64,000 nucleotides of DNA from Paraspadella gotoi (lineage: Eukaryota; Animalia; Chaetognatha), in NCBI GenBank assembly GCA_051294375.1, contig CM119270.1, positions 16,490,710 through 16,554,709 of the forward strand. The letters are read 5' to 3'. Under the pieces are notes generated by a model, which worked only from the letters and a program-made list of their open reading frames with translations, did not search any database and was not told where the DNA came from. Made by a program: the position numbers and the translations under genes. Shown here piece by piece: positions 40,814 to 54,508 of the stretch. Each line of letters opens with the position of its first letter. The stretch's first letter is position 1.

Positions 40814-41465
40814 GGGAATGTAGATATGGAACGCACGATGGTTTTCCCACTCTCTGTACTTGCAATAATAGCATATAAATGTTCGACAAAACAAAATTAT
40901 GTGCGAAATTAAGGGATAAAAAACACGCTACCCATGCAAATTACCAATGCTGTCTACATTTCACGCAACCTAAGTATCAATCAATGTGTGTATATCAATC
41001 ATTGTGTGTACCCAATCACCGTGTCATACTACACTACATTTACTGTTAAGATCTCTATTTCTTTATATACCTTACTCTCCTAGTGGCGTACACGACGTCG
41101 CTTTCGTTCAGAAATTGATTTTGTAGAAATGAATAATAAATAGTCATTAAAACAAATATAAAACTATCATGAACAAAACTAATAGCTTTATGTTAAAAGT
41201 ATATTTAAAAAAAAATCAATTTAAAGATTTATAAATTGTGTAATATTTCGTAGAGAGGTTCCAAATGATATACTTCAATATGCAAATGAGATTAAAGGTA
41301 CCATATTGTTTCAAGTGAAATTACGTACCTTATACAGGGAATTTAAATATATCTGTTTATAATTGTAAATATTTTATCCTAAATAATTTTATTTTCTTTT
41401 AGAAGAAAAGGTAATATACACACAGAAACCAATTAATAGCTGAAACCAAAAGTGATCAAATAAAC

Positions 41466-41513
<48 letters not shown>

Positions 41514-44500
41514 ACGATTTTCTCCCTTTCTTTGGCTTTGAGGAAGACAATTAAGTGGTTACTCATTAAATATATATCATTTTCTTTCCGATTCCGTCAT
41601 ATAGATTCAAATTTTGGCCTTTTTAATCATCAAAGCCCCCTAGCGGTATGACGGATCAGCGCATCTCTCTCGCTCGCTCTCTCTCTTTGGCTGGATGACT
41701 CAGAGTCAGGATTGGGATCGACAAAAACGACGACGATAATTGGAACGATGAATTAATTGTAATCAAATTGTAATCAAATTTTAATCACTTTTTCCTGAGC
41801 AAAACTATAAGAGAAAAGAAAATTTAATTTGAGGATGGAATGCATTTTTATCTCTGCGCAATGGCTATGCAATGATTACATATAGAAATTCGGCATCAAA
41901 TAAATAACAAGCAACGTCATGCTAGATTTCAAACGCTTTGTTACTTCTGTAAGCTACACTGTATCATAAGCTACGACACCACGTACGAACCTACTCCAAA
42001 TGCCATACGTCATACTACACTACGTTTATTATTATCGAGATCTCTATATCGTTATATACTTTTTTCTCGCCCAAAGCGTTTGATCTCAAACGCCCGTATG
42101 ACAGGAAAGTTCTTTGTCTTTGAAGCGAGGGTCCCGGGATACGAAAACCTCGAACCTCGTCTTGAAAAACTGGTTTCACCGAAAAAAGAAAGAAAGGAAA
42201 AAATCGGAGTCAACCAGTGGATAAAATCGCGCGACTCGAAACACGACTTGTCCTTTCGTTTCAACACCAGTCGTCGGCGCGATAATAAGATTAACGTTTT
42301 ATTTATTTTTTCATAATGAACCGAAAGTCAGCGACGTCGATTTCCGACTGGAAAAGAAAAATGGCCGCCGAAAACACGGACCCCGGAAAAAAAAAAGTTT
42401 AAAATGAAATAAAAAATAATGATTTAATGATACAATTTAAAAATTTATAAGTAAAAAAAATTAATAATTGAATGAATTATTGAATGAATGAACGAATGGA
42501 CGAACGAATGAATAAATGAATAAAAGAATAAAAGAGTTAAAATTATTCACAAAAGTCATCAGGTGCTTTAAAAACGCCGGAAAGAATCGTCGAGTTTTCA
42601 ATTCGCTCACGTGAAACAATTTCCTTTCAGCTCGACATCGAATTTCCGGTGATTACGTTCACGCCTCTCGATCAGAAACGTCACGAATCGGGATCAGTCA
42701 CTTTCTGATAATGTTTTTTTTGGGCCGAAATGATTGATATAGTACTCCGTGATATTTGTCGAGAGTAAACACTTTTAATTTTTTTGTTATCAGTAGTAAT
42801 TCAACCCAGAAGTCAACCTTTGATTCGGCGATGCTTCCTTGTTTTTTGTCTTACTCTATTTTATTTTTCCATTTTTGGCAAGAATGACAATCGTGACGTT
42901 CACATCGCCTACAACTAACGACAGAATCTCAGAACCTGACGCAAAAACATCGTCGAATATTCACCGTTGTAAAGTGAGGGAAAATAAAAGTTCTTCGGGA
43001 CGGAGTCGATAAAGTTTTTCACTTGTAACTTCGACTATAGAAAGAAAAAAAACAAACTAAAAATAAAATAAATAAAAACAAAAAACAACTAAAAACAAAT
43101 TAAATAAAAACGAAAAACAACAAATAACCATAAAATCAACAGCGGAATAGTAAATGAAAATGAAAAAGTAAGAAGAAGAAACTTAAAACAAATATAAATA
43201 AATACAATTCATTTAAAACTTAACGCGGGGAAATAAACAAGGACACTCCTCAACGAGAGAAAAATTTATATCGCGTTGCTTCAAGATGGTGAGTATGTTT
43301 TAGAAGCTTCGTTTGGCAAATTGCAATGACCTTCAAGAACATTGATTCTTTATTATCCTTTCATTTTCAGACGGCAAAAAGAATGTTCTGTCAAGCCTGT
43401 ACAATGTCATTTCTTTAACTTAAAAGTATATTTTTTAAATTCGATACAAATTGTGCAACTTAAAAGGAACCTTATCACTTATTGAAGTCAATTATTTTAC
43501 CGCACTATATGTAGTAATTTGTTTAAATAATTTTCCCACGTTAAACCGATTCTTGTTGCCTCCCAACAAGTACGCGCGTGTTTCCATCCATCCATCCATC
43601 CATCCATCCATCCATCTTTCCATCTCTGCTGCCTCCGCCTCCAACTTAGTTTTCGCCGGCAAAAAATATTGCGTTTTGTCACGAATTATTGAGTGACGTA
43701 AAAAGCAAAATCCGTCAAAGAGAATGGGGTAGAAATTCTATACAAACTTCGTGAATAATCACCACTTTTAAGTTATACTACTTGGTAGTTCTTTTCTTAA
43801 GATAGTGTATTTTTAACCCTGCTTTAGTTAAATTTTTACTATATTATTATTTCGCCAAAAAGGGCAGAGATCGACAATAAAACTTCCCGCCTAAAACTGT
43901 CCCACTTATGACCTTACCCTCACTTCTTCCACTCAGACCTCGCCCGCTAAACTCATCCACTTCCAGCCTTCCCCTCGACTGTCATTCATTCACTCTTTTC
44001 CCTTTTTCATCACGTGAGTGAAATGGAAACGAAAAATCCATTCGCTCCCACGATTTTCATTTCGGGCAAAAAATAAAAAAGTGGGAGGAATTGTTGTTAA
44101 TTTATTTCGTGGCGTTGATTTATGGAAATTTTGGCAGCCATACGAATAATGTTTTAATTTTAGTTGAACGAAATAATTAAAGAAAAAATATAGACATTAG
44201 ATTGGAGTGAATTATTAATATCATATTATGAGTAGTTTATTTTATATCACAAATTTGATACAAAAACATACATCAACACAATAAAATTGATGAATTATTC
44301 TTTTCATATATAAACAAACGTCGTTCCTAATGAACGCTGTTGATGACTCGGATGAAGAAGTATCCTTGAAACTAATAAAAATGTATTTAAAATAATTAAT
44401 TATTGTATAAACGCTGATTAAAATATAATCAGTTTTTTTCCTAGCTTCTTTACATTTGTATTTTCTTTCTTATCTTTTCTTTTCCTTCTCCCACGAATGT

Positions 44501-45591
44501 TGGTTTTTACTAGTTCTTTAATTATCTAATTTTTTTTCCCTCATTTCCTTTTTTCCAAAAAGTTGTTTCTCTGGGTTCATTTAGATTACCGAGAACGTGC
44601 ATGAATGTAATTAGATTAATCAGTTAACAAAACAAAAGAAAAATTCTTGACTAACTGACTATATAACGAAAACACTTCCTAGAATAGATACTGATTTAGT
44701 TATCACTTAAAAAATAACAATTAAAAATAACCGACAAAATATTTTAAAGGATTATTTACTAACCCTTACGTAGTATCATAAAATGCATACAGTAGATACT
44801 AGATATTCTTCTCGAAAAATAAGCTCGCATTACTTTTTTTTTCAAAATAAATTAAAGCGAATAAAATGCACTTAGAGTTGAAAAATTTAAAAAGCTGGAT
44901 ATCAAGTCACGAGGTGACATTAAATAATTATTCGAAATAAGGGATAATTATCGCTTAAAACGAGTATTTTGACGTTGCCTGGCGAAAAAGTAATTATTTT
45001 ACGATGTGAATTTTTTGTCAAGTCTTTCTGAAAAGAAAGAAAGAAAACAAGAAAGAAAGAAAGAAAAAGAAAAAGAAAGAAAGTGAATGAAGGATTGAAT
45101 GAATGAATGAATGAATGAAGAATGAATTCGCTTTCCTTGTTCTTAGTAATGTGCTCAGGACTAAATGAAGCAGAAACTATTTCATTTTCGGTTTTTAATT
45201 TTCATACTTTCCTGACTTTTTAGTCGTGCTATGTCAAAAAGTTATAAAAATTAACCTTACTACCATTAGTTTATTCCTCGTTACTATATAGTAAGATGAT
45301 ACGATTTACAATATTATAGTCAATATTCGAAATACATGGCCCTGACTTAAAAATACACTTCGATGTAAAATTTGTACAATTATGTATTGACGAATATGTA
45401 TTTATTTGAATTGATAAAAAAAATCTTTTTAACCTTTTTAACGTCTCGCTTCTTTAGACAAGATATCTTTATTGTTTGTTATTCGATCTAATGAATCTTG
45501 TTTTCTCTTCAAGAAATCTTAAATCGTCGGTTCAAAGTATTAATTAATTACGGTCTGCCTGCTGCCAATATGTACTGATTACTGATTATTC

Positions 45592-46086
<495 letters not shown>

Positions 46087-46473
46087 AAACGCCCGCAAAG
46101 ATGACGACGACGACGATTATTACGACGACAACCGAAACGACTCCGCATAGGACGTAATTGACGGTGACGATTCACGTCAAAAGCAGTTCACCGTCATTGG
46201 CGTCCAAAGTTTCGCCCTTTTGCGCTGGTTTTTTTCCCCGAGTCACCATTTTCCCGGATGTTCACGGATTAGAGGCTTCACAGTTCACCGAGTTCAAAGA
46301 ATTCCATTCGTACAAAAAAGTATACAAGCAACTTTTTTGGGGGGTTTAGCTGTTTTAAAGTTTCCATCATAAAGAAACAAAAAAAAATAAAAAACAAAAG
46401 AAAAAAAAGAAATTGTAAGATAAATTTTTAATCTTTTTTTTTATTTTAGCACAGCTTCTATAATATTTTACCT

Positions 46474-46686
46474 TGTATTAATTTCCTTTCGATTCGTTGT
46501 TTTTGTAGATTTAGAGAAAAAACAAAGTTTATATGTTTATTTTCAACGATTTTTATTTTTACATAGGGACATGTTTCGGCTTTATGTATCAGCCTGATGA
46601 AGACTTATACATAAAGCCGAAACATGTTCCTACGTAAAAATAAAAATTGTTGTAAATAAACAAATAAACTTTGTCTTTCTCTAAAT
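46474..46686. mobile_element. Palindromic hammerhead-bearing insertion, copy 2
   Basis: Arms 46509-46593 and 46594-46686; plus-strand core CUGAUGA-A-GACUU..AAGCC-GAAA-CAUGUU at 46594-46628; TSD-like AATATTT(T/A)ACCT at 46462-46473 and 46684-46695. Confidence 0.75.
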
Positions 46687-47023
46687 ATTTAACCTAAAAA
46701 TCTCGAATGAAAGATATTTGTTTTGGCTTTTAAATAAACTCAAGTTTTAATTAATAGGACGACAGACAAGCGAGATAGTAGGGCGTTCAAAGTTAAAACT
46801 TTTTTTGACCAGATCTGTATATTTTACAGTCTCGTGAGTTCTTTTAGTTTTACCGCGAGTTCTTGCAAAGGAACAATATAAGTGATTTTACAGTCTGTCT
46901 GTCTGTCTGTTTATTATACTGTTTTCTCTGGATAAAATTATGGGGCTGTAAAAATAATATATGGAAAATAATTATAATCAATTGAATAATGATAATAATA
47001 ATAATAATTATAATAATAATAAT

Positions 47024-47068
<45 letters not shown>

Positions 47069-47459
47069 TATTATTTCATATAAAATCCTTTAGTATATAT
47101 AAGTTCATAGTTTTAAAAATATATATAATAAAAAATTACATTTAAATATTTAAAATAATTTAAGCAATTAATTCACTTGGCTTCAAGGATGATCCAGGGC
47201 CAGAAAAAAAAGTAGCGAAGCCTACTGTTTGCTTAGGTCTTATATATATATTTAACTATTATTATTATTATCTTATAATTATATAATCACGGAAAACAAA
47301 CATATAAAAAGAGAAGTAAAGCGTCGCAAAAACTTAGAATTGCAGTTCCTTCTTTGTTTCCCTTTTGTTTCGTTTAGTCATCATTGGATTCTCGCGAAAA
47401 ACAAACATTGTTTTTTTTCTGAAAGAATCTTTTTAATCAGATCTAATTCCCTTACGCAT

Positions 47460-47519
<60 letters not shown>

Positions 47520-47899
47520 CGAGCTTTAGTACGGTGTAGCAGCAGCATTTTTAATGTCATTAACTCCGGAATAATCGAGTTACAAAAATACAGTCACGAA
47601 CTCTCACTCTCTCTCTTTCTCTCTTTCTCTCTTCTCGGCATGCGAGTTTTTGTGAGTCTAACCTTTACTTCTCTCATCATTTTCGCACTAGAAACAAAAA
47701 AAAAGAATATATCTGCTCAGTTTTAATGGCGAAGTCAAAATTAAATCGAGAAAAAGAAAAAACAAGTTTGAGCAAACAATGTCGGATCTGCCCACGATCA
47801 TTAGCGGTAATTAATGTTTGTTTTTAGGTTTTTTTGTCACTGAACACGACAAAAGCAAGGACGATGATGATGGCAACGACGACAATAATTCCGATAACG

Positions 47900-48556
47900 A
47901 TTGAATTGATTGATTTATTAAATAATTTATTAATTGATAAATAATTTGATTGATTGAATAATTGATTAATTAATTAACTAATTGATTATTAACTGATTGT
48001 TTTATTAATTAATATATCTTGCATTTACATTTAATATAAAAAAGAAGCATAATCAATTAGTAAAACAGGTTTTTTGTTTTTTTCCATTTAAACTCATTTC
48101 TACTCAGACGATTCCATCAAAACTTGATTTCCAGCTTAATCACACACTTTTCTACCCACATACAAAAATTTAGGACAAATGCCCTATCCATTCATAAGTA
48201 ATTATTGTTCAAATAGTGAAATATACTTTTTTGTTTTTTCTATTTAAATGTTTTCCACTCGCACGATTCCATTAAAACTTCATATCCAGCTCTATCACAC
48301 ACTTCCCTACCCACACACAAAATTTAATTCCAATCCATCAATCCAATCACGAGTAATTAGAGTTTTTTCCTAAGGTGGAATGGACAGACAGACAGACGGA
48401 CGGATGGATGGACATCTTTTTTTTTGCATAATTTATCATAATTCGATGTTCTGACATGATTTTTGTGAATCCCCGATAAGATTGAGGGGGCGGACCGACG
48501 GACCGACAAAGTGAATCATAGAGTCGGAATCTTCTGATAAGCATCCGACTAAAAAA
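47900..48556 (+). mobile_element. Non-autonomous Helentron/DINE-1-like interspersed element
   Basis: Homologous to ~28620-29210; internal ~150-bp subrepeats, a (GACA/GACG)n tract and a 3' stem-loop AGTCGGA...TCCGACT followed by an A run. Confidence 0.55.
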
Positions 48557-49143
48557 TAAATAAAAAAAGAAAAAGAAAAATAATAAAATAAACTTGAACG
48601 CAGCTCTCTCTCTCTCTCTCTCTCTCTCTCCTCCAAGGTTGAGTTCTCTTCCTTTTTCGTCAGTCGAAACACACACTAAGCCATCGGTTTATCTGTCCGA
48701 TCCAAGAGAAAATATATCCCCCCCCCCCGTGTTTCATTCCCGCGTATTTTTCGCCGCTTTCTCTAGTTTTTCCTTAAATTCGAAAAGCATAAATTCAAAT
48801 TGTCTCTCTCCCTTTCTAGTCGTGCGTTTCATGTATATTTACGACGAGAATACACTTCGAAATTTATACGATCGTAATAAAAACGAAAATTTTTTTTAAA
48901 AAAAATCTTATAATATCGAGACAGCGCGCCTCCGCCCCAAAAAAAATAAACGGTCGTTCGGGTATAACGAAGCTTAACGGATAATCGATGTTACCAATAC
49001 GATTCTGTCCGCTTTTAACGACGTTGGCTCACAATAAACCCATTAACGTACGGATTCGCTTGAGCGAATGGACTCGTAGAATGTTTGAGTGCTAATCTAT
49101 ATTTAACTGTCGTCGACGAAAAGAATCATTCATATTAGGCGTA

Positions 49144-52100
49144 ATGGCGGACATCAAAGATCTGGTGAGTTTAAGTTAAAAAGGCATCACGTATTTATCT
49201 CTAAAGATGGAGCAACGTTTGTTAGTTGGTTGGTTGGTTAGTTGTATTAATTTATTTGTTGGTTGGTTGATAGGCTGAGTCGGTTTGGTTGTTTGATTGA
49301 TTAATTGATTGGTTGTTTGGTTAGGTTGTTGGTTGCTTCTAAATATTTGACTCTTTTTTTTTTTAATTTTTTCCTAATGGGATTTTGAATCTGACGGAGC
49401 CTTGGAAGATAGTCCCTGGGTAATATGTATAGATATGTATAAGTTTGTACATATATATTTTGCTTTCTATTTTTTTTAATTAGCGTTTGCCAAAAACAAA
49501 ACGAACCTTAGCGACATGTTGATACATGCACATTTTTAATTTGCTGATTGATCGAGTTTGTACTTTTATGTTGCATAATTCTCTCTTTTTTTTAGTTTAA
49601 ATTTTAATTTGTTTAAGTTTTGATTAATTTTTTTTGTGAAATTTTTTATAAATCAACACGTGATCAACTTCTTTTAATTTTTTCCTAATCATTTGTGATT
49701 TATAGCTTCAGAGAGTTACGGCCAGCATTTTTTTATACAATGGTTTACTATAAATCTAATTTATCTCAAGTAAAAGATTAATAAATGGCCTAACTTCTCC
49801 CTATTTTATGATTTTTTAAAATACATATCCTTCCAGAGAGTGTTAATTTGGTAAAACTTTTTCACAGGTGGACCAGCTGTCGCCGAAACAAATCCGAGGT
49901 AAACGAGATGAATAAAAAACAAAGACAAAAAACAAACAACAAAAAAATAAATAAAGGTTTCTGTACAACTAGGATATTGACCTCTGTGAAGTTTTATAGC
50001 GGGCATTCGATTCGTTGTTAATCCAGCGACTACCCGTAACTAAATGTTAAACAGGATGAAGCGACTACCCGTAACTAAATGTTAAACGGGATTAAGCGAC
50101 TACCCGTAACTAAATGTTAAACGGGATTAAGCGACTACCCGTAACTAAATGTTAAACTGCAACTACCCGTAACTAAATGTTTAAACGGATTAAGCGACTA
50201 CCTGTAACTAAATGTTAAACGAGATTAAGAAACTACCCATAACTAAATGTTAAACAGGATGAAGTGACTACCCATAACTAAATGTTCAACCGGATTAGCG
50301 ACTATCCGTAACTAAATGTTAAACGGGACTAAGCAACTACCTGTAACTAAATGTTGAAATGGCAACTACCCGTAACTAAATGTTTAAATGGGATTAAGCA
50401 ACTTCCTGTAACTAAATGTTAAACAGGATTAAGCGACTACCCATAATTAAATGTTTAAATGGGATTAAGTGACTACTCGTAACTAAATGTTTAAACGGGA
50501 TTAAGCGACTACCCGTAACTAATTATTTTCTCTTTCGATCGAAAATTGTCAAATCGTTGCGATTCCGATCTGACTTTATCAGATCACGACGATAACACAA
50601 TAACAAAATAACACAATAACACAATAACACAATAACAAAAGCGACTACTGTAACCAAATGTTTAAATGGGATTAAGCGACTACCCGTAACTAAATGTTTA
50701 AACGGGATTAAGCGACTACCCGTAACTAATTATTTTCTCTTTCGATCGAAAATTGTCAAATCGTTGCGATTCCCGATCTGACTTTATCAGATCACGACGA
50801 TAACACAATAACAAAAACGACACGACAATAAAGAAACAAAAACTACCACAAAACAATCTTAAAAAAACCGGCCTTATTATCCCAGAATGCCCCATTTTAT
50901 TTTAAATTCGGAATTAGTTTAATTTGTTTTTATTATAGATTAGGTTAAGTAAGAGATAAGTATTTGGTTAGCGCTCAAGGTTAGGGACTTGGTTTGTGAT
51001 TAGGGCGAGGGATTTAGGTTAGAGACTAGTATTCAGGGTTAAAGGTTAGCGTTTGAAAGTAAAGATAAAAGTAAAATATTAAGTTTAAAATAAAATCCTC
51101 GGATAAACCAACGGAAATGGGTCAATCTCGGAAAAGAGACCCTAATAAACAACGAAACAACGAAACGATTGAAAACAAAAAACGACCCTAAGAGTCTAAA
51201 ATGTCTTTTCAGAAATTCGGGACGCGTTCGCCCTCATCGATCAAGACAATGACGGCGAAATCTCGTCGCAGGAGATTCTCAACGTGATGAGGAATTTGGG
51301 ACGAAATCCGACGGAAGACGAAGTGCAGCAGATGATAAACGAGGCGGACGAGGATGGTGAGAAATTGAGTGGATTTGATTGAAACGATTGATTGATTGAT
51401 TGGTTGATTTGATTTGATTTATTTGATCCATTTGAGCGATTTTATGGATGGAAATATATATCCATATATCCAAATATATATTTTAAAGATCAGCCTGACA
51501 ACAAGTAACGCAAATTCGGTTGCGTTCTACTGAAGAAAGTGATTGATACATTATCCTTTGGTTACATTTATTTATTTATTTTTTTAAATTTCTTCAGCAA
51601 TTAAAAATAAAAAACGAATATCGGCCCTGAGACTGGGTTGTATCTTAAGTGCGTAAGGGGGAGACGAAAGGACCTTGCTAATAGACCGAAGGATAAATTA
51701 ATTAAGCCCAAAAAAAAGAGAGAGAAGAAACTTGAAAATTGAAAAAAAAAAGAAAATAACGAAAACAGTAGGATTTAAATTATGTAGTGTTACGCTTTGT
51801 TTCTATTAAGCCTCATTTACACATAAGGTCGATCGGGCGATCGCTTTAAAAGTTCCTAATGTAATTACGAGTATGTTAAAATATGTATATTTTGGTCTTC
51901 TGATCAGCATTAAAATAGTATTTAGGAAAGAAGAAGACAGGAAAAGTTAAAGAGAAAATCGTCTTATCATAAAACTGACGGTCGTTCGTTTAAAAATTAA
52001 GTGACATTTAAATTTAATCAATTAATTAATTAATTAATTAATTAATTAATTAATCATATTTCAGAGAGAAAACATTTACCAAAATTAAGTACAAAACGAG

Positions 52101-54216
52101 TTAAAAAAACGATAAACGCAATTAATTAACGAAACGATTGACGAAGCGATTTGTAAATATATCAGGGTCATTTGAATTATCGGAGCCATTTTTATTTCGA
52201 GTAATTTTTTTTTTACTATTTTTCCTTTTTCTTAATTTTTACCCTCTTCCTTTTTTTTCGTTTTTCTCTCATTTTCTCTGCGTTTTTTTTTCCTTTTTTT
52301 TTTTTTTAAATTTATCCCTACTTTCTGTTTTCTCTTTTTTTTTCTTCTTTTTTCCCCACTTGAATTTCTCTTTTCCCTTTTCCTCTCTTTTTTCCTCCCT
52401 TTTCCATTTTCCCCCTTTTCCCCTTTCCCTCTCTTTTTCCTCCCTTTTCCCTTTTCCCCCTTTTTCCCCTCTTTTTTCCTCCCTTTTCCCCCCTTTTCCC
52501 TTTTCCCCCTTTTTCCCCTTTCCCCTATTTTTTCCTCCCCTTTCCCTTTTCCCCCCTTTTCCCTTTCCCCTCTTTTTTCCTCCCTTTTCCCCCCCTTTTC
52601 CCCTATCCCCTCTTTTTCCTTCCCTTTTCCCTTTTCCCATTTCTTCTTTTTCCCCCCTTTTCCCCCCTGAACGTCTTCGAATCCAGAGAGCGGCTCCATC
52701 GACTTCGAAGAGTTCCTCCATCTCATGGCCAAGAAAATCCTGGAGGAAGAAGACGAGAGAGAAGTGAGAGACGCTTACGTAGCCTTTGATCGAAACGCAG
52801 TCGGCGCCATCCCCTTGGAGGAGTTAAGCATGGTGAGAAGTGAGAAGTTAGAGAAGTGAGAGAAGTGAGAAGTGAGAAGTGAGAGACGCTTACATAGCCT
52901 TTGATCAAAACGCAGTCGGCGCCATCCCCTTGGAGGAGTTAAGCATGGTGAGAAGTGAGAAGTAAGAGAAGTTAGAGAAGTGAGAAGTGAGAAGTGAGAG
53001 ACGCTTACGTCGCCTTTGATCGAAACGCAGTCGGCGCCATCCCAATGGAGGAGTTGAGCATGGTGAGAAGTGAGAAGTGAGAGAAGTTATAGAAGTGAGG
53101 TGAGAGACCCTTACTTGATTGGCAGGGCGAATGAGGAGTTAGGGAATTTTGCAGGGTGGTGCTTATAATGAGAGCCTCTGTGCGTCACCTTTGATCGAAA
53201 CGCAGTCGGCGCCATCCCCATAGAGGAGTTGAGCATGGTGAGAAGTGAGAAGTGAGAGAAGTGAGAGAAGTGAGAAGTGAGAAGTGAGAGACGCTTACGT
53301 AGCCTTTGATCGAAACGCAGTCGGCGCCATCCCCTTGGAGGAGTTAAGCATGGTGAGATGGAGAGGCAGGGACTTGAAAAGATCAAGCATGGTAAGATGG
53401 CGAGGGAGGGACTTAGGAGCAGTTGAACATGGTGAGCTAAAAGAGTAAACAATAACTTGACAAAGAAACCGGGTGAGGAAAGCCGGGGGAGATTCAATGA
53501 TGACCCTTGGTGACCGGTCGGCGATTAAGTGCCACAATGTAATATATAGTTATCGCAGGGTGAGAGTTACGCCGAGAATAATCCATTTTTGAATCGTTAC
53601 GTTTGTCAGGAATTTTGTCAACTTCTTGTCACATTGCGCTTGAAACTTTAGAGAAAGAACCTCAGTGTTCAATTTGATTGACATTTAAAATAAAATTAAA
53701 GATTACGGACGATGCTATTCTTTATGACTAAAATTACCGAGAAAGAGTTTGAATTAGTTAAACGATTTACTTTGAAACAGTGAACATGTTTCGACTTTCG
53801 TTCAAGTCTTCATCAGCACTTGTATCACTTGTATCACCCGACTTGAACTAAAGTCGAAACATGTTCACCTTTTCAAAATAAATCGTTGTTGAACTAATTT
53901 AAACTCTTTCTCAATACATAACACAAAACGAAAGAAGGGATTTTACATGACTAAAATTACATACGACATATTACAAGTGTATGAAATATATTTTTAAACA
54001 TCTTAATCGTGATTCAGGTCTTCAAAATGTTGGGAGTGAGCGACGGGGAAATCAAGATGATGATGAACGAAGCTGATGTCAACGGTGACGGAGAGATTGA
54101 CTTTGAAGGTTAATATTAAAATATAAACTAACAAAATTAATTAAAAAAAGTAATACTGTATTCTTTTTTACTTTACAGAATTCGCCGCCTTGATGACACG
54201 AGGTTGGCCCTCATGA
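49144..54216 (+). CDS. Calmodulin/troponin-C-like EF-hand protein, 156 aa, 6 exons
   Basis: Exons 49144-49164, 49868-49898, 51213-51356, 52687-52832, 54018-54108, 54179-54216 splice in phase to MADIKDLVDQLSPKQIREIRDAFALIDQDNDGEISSQEILNVMRNLGRNPTEDEVQQMINEADEDESGSIDFEEFLHLMAKKILEEEDEREVRDAYVAFDRNAVGAIPLEELSMVFKMLGVSDGEIKMMMNEADVNGDGEIDFEEFAALMTRGWPS*. The 31-nt and 144-nt exons match calmodulin gene structure. Confidence 0.92.
50026..50816. repeat. 35-bp minisatellite with a local duplication (offset ~207) at its 3' end, intron 2 of the calmodulin-like gene
   Basis: Unit GCGACTACCCGTAACTAAATGTTAAACGGGATTAA, ~14 copies to 50520; flank 50521-50610 recurs at 50728-50816. Confidence 0.9.
52759..53436 (+). 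repeat. ~115-bp tandem repeats of the exon-4 3' end, splice donor and (GAGAAGT)n
   Basis: Donor AGCATG|GTGAG after 52832, 52947, 53062, 53237 and 53352; vestiges near 53391 and 53431. Confidence 0.9.
53738..53946. mobile_element. Palindromic hammerhead-bearing insertion, copy 3, in intron 4 of the calmodulin-like gene
   Basis: Inverted arms within 53739-53912; perfect 14-bp direct repeat ATGACTAAAATTAC at 53724-53737 and 53947-53960. Confidence 0.8.
53779..53820 (-). ncRNA. Minimal type I hammerhead ribozyme (best-formed copy)
   Basis: 5'-AGUG CUGAUGA A GACUU gaacga AAGUC GAAA CAUGU U/CACU-3': 4-bp stem I, 5-bp stem II, palindromic ACAUGU stem III, GUU cleavage triplet. Confidence 0.75.
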
Positions 54217-54502
54217 CTTTCAGGAATATTTTTTTTTGTTTTTTCTTAAAGCGAGAGAGAATGCATGAACCTTGTGTATATTTCCAATTGCCTCCGGAAC
54301 TACTTTTTTTTTAGTCCACGTTTCATGCCGTATTTATTTTTGTTTACGATTGTGCCTAATACTTTGCATTCCACTAACATGTCTTTAACCCCGGTCGTCT
54401 TAACGCTTGTATAAAACAAAAGCGACAATTTTGTTGATCTGTTCTACTTATTGTGCTACATTCTCAGTGAAAGTTCTTTTTCGGTACGGATTCGTAATTC
54501 GT

Positions 54503-54508
54503 AATAAA
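54503..54508 (+). terminator. Candidate polyadenylation signal of the calmodulin-like gene
   Basis: AATAAA ~290 nt after the stop codon, followed by GT-rich sequence. Confidence 0.5.
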
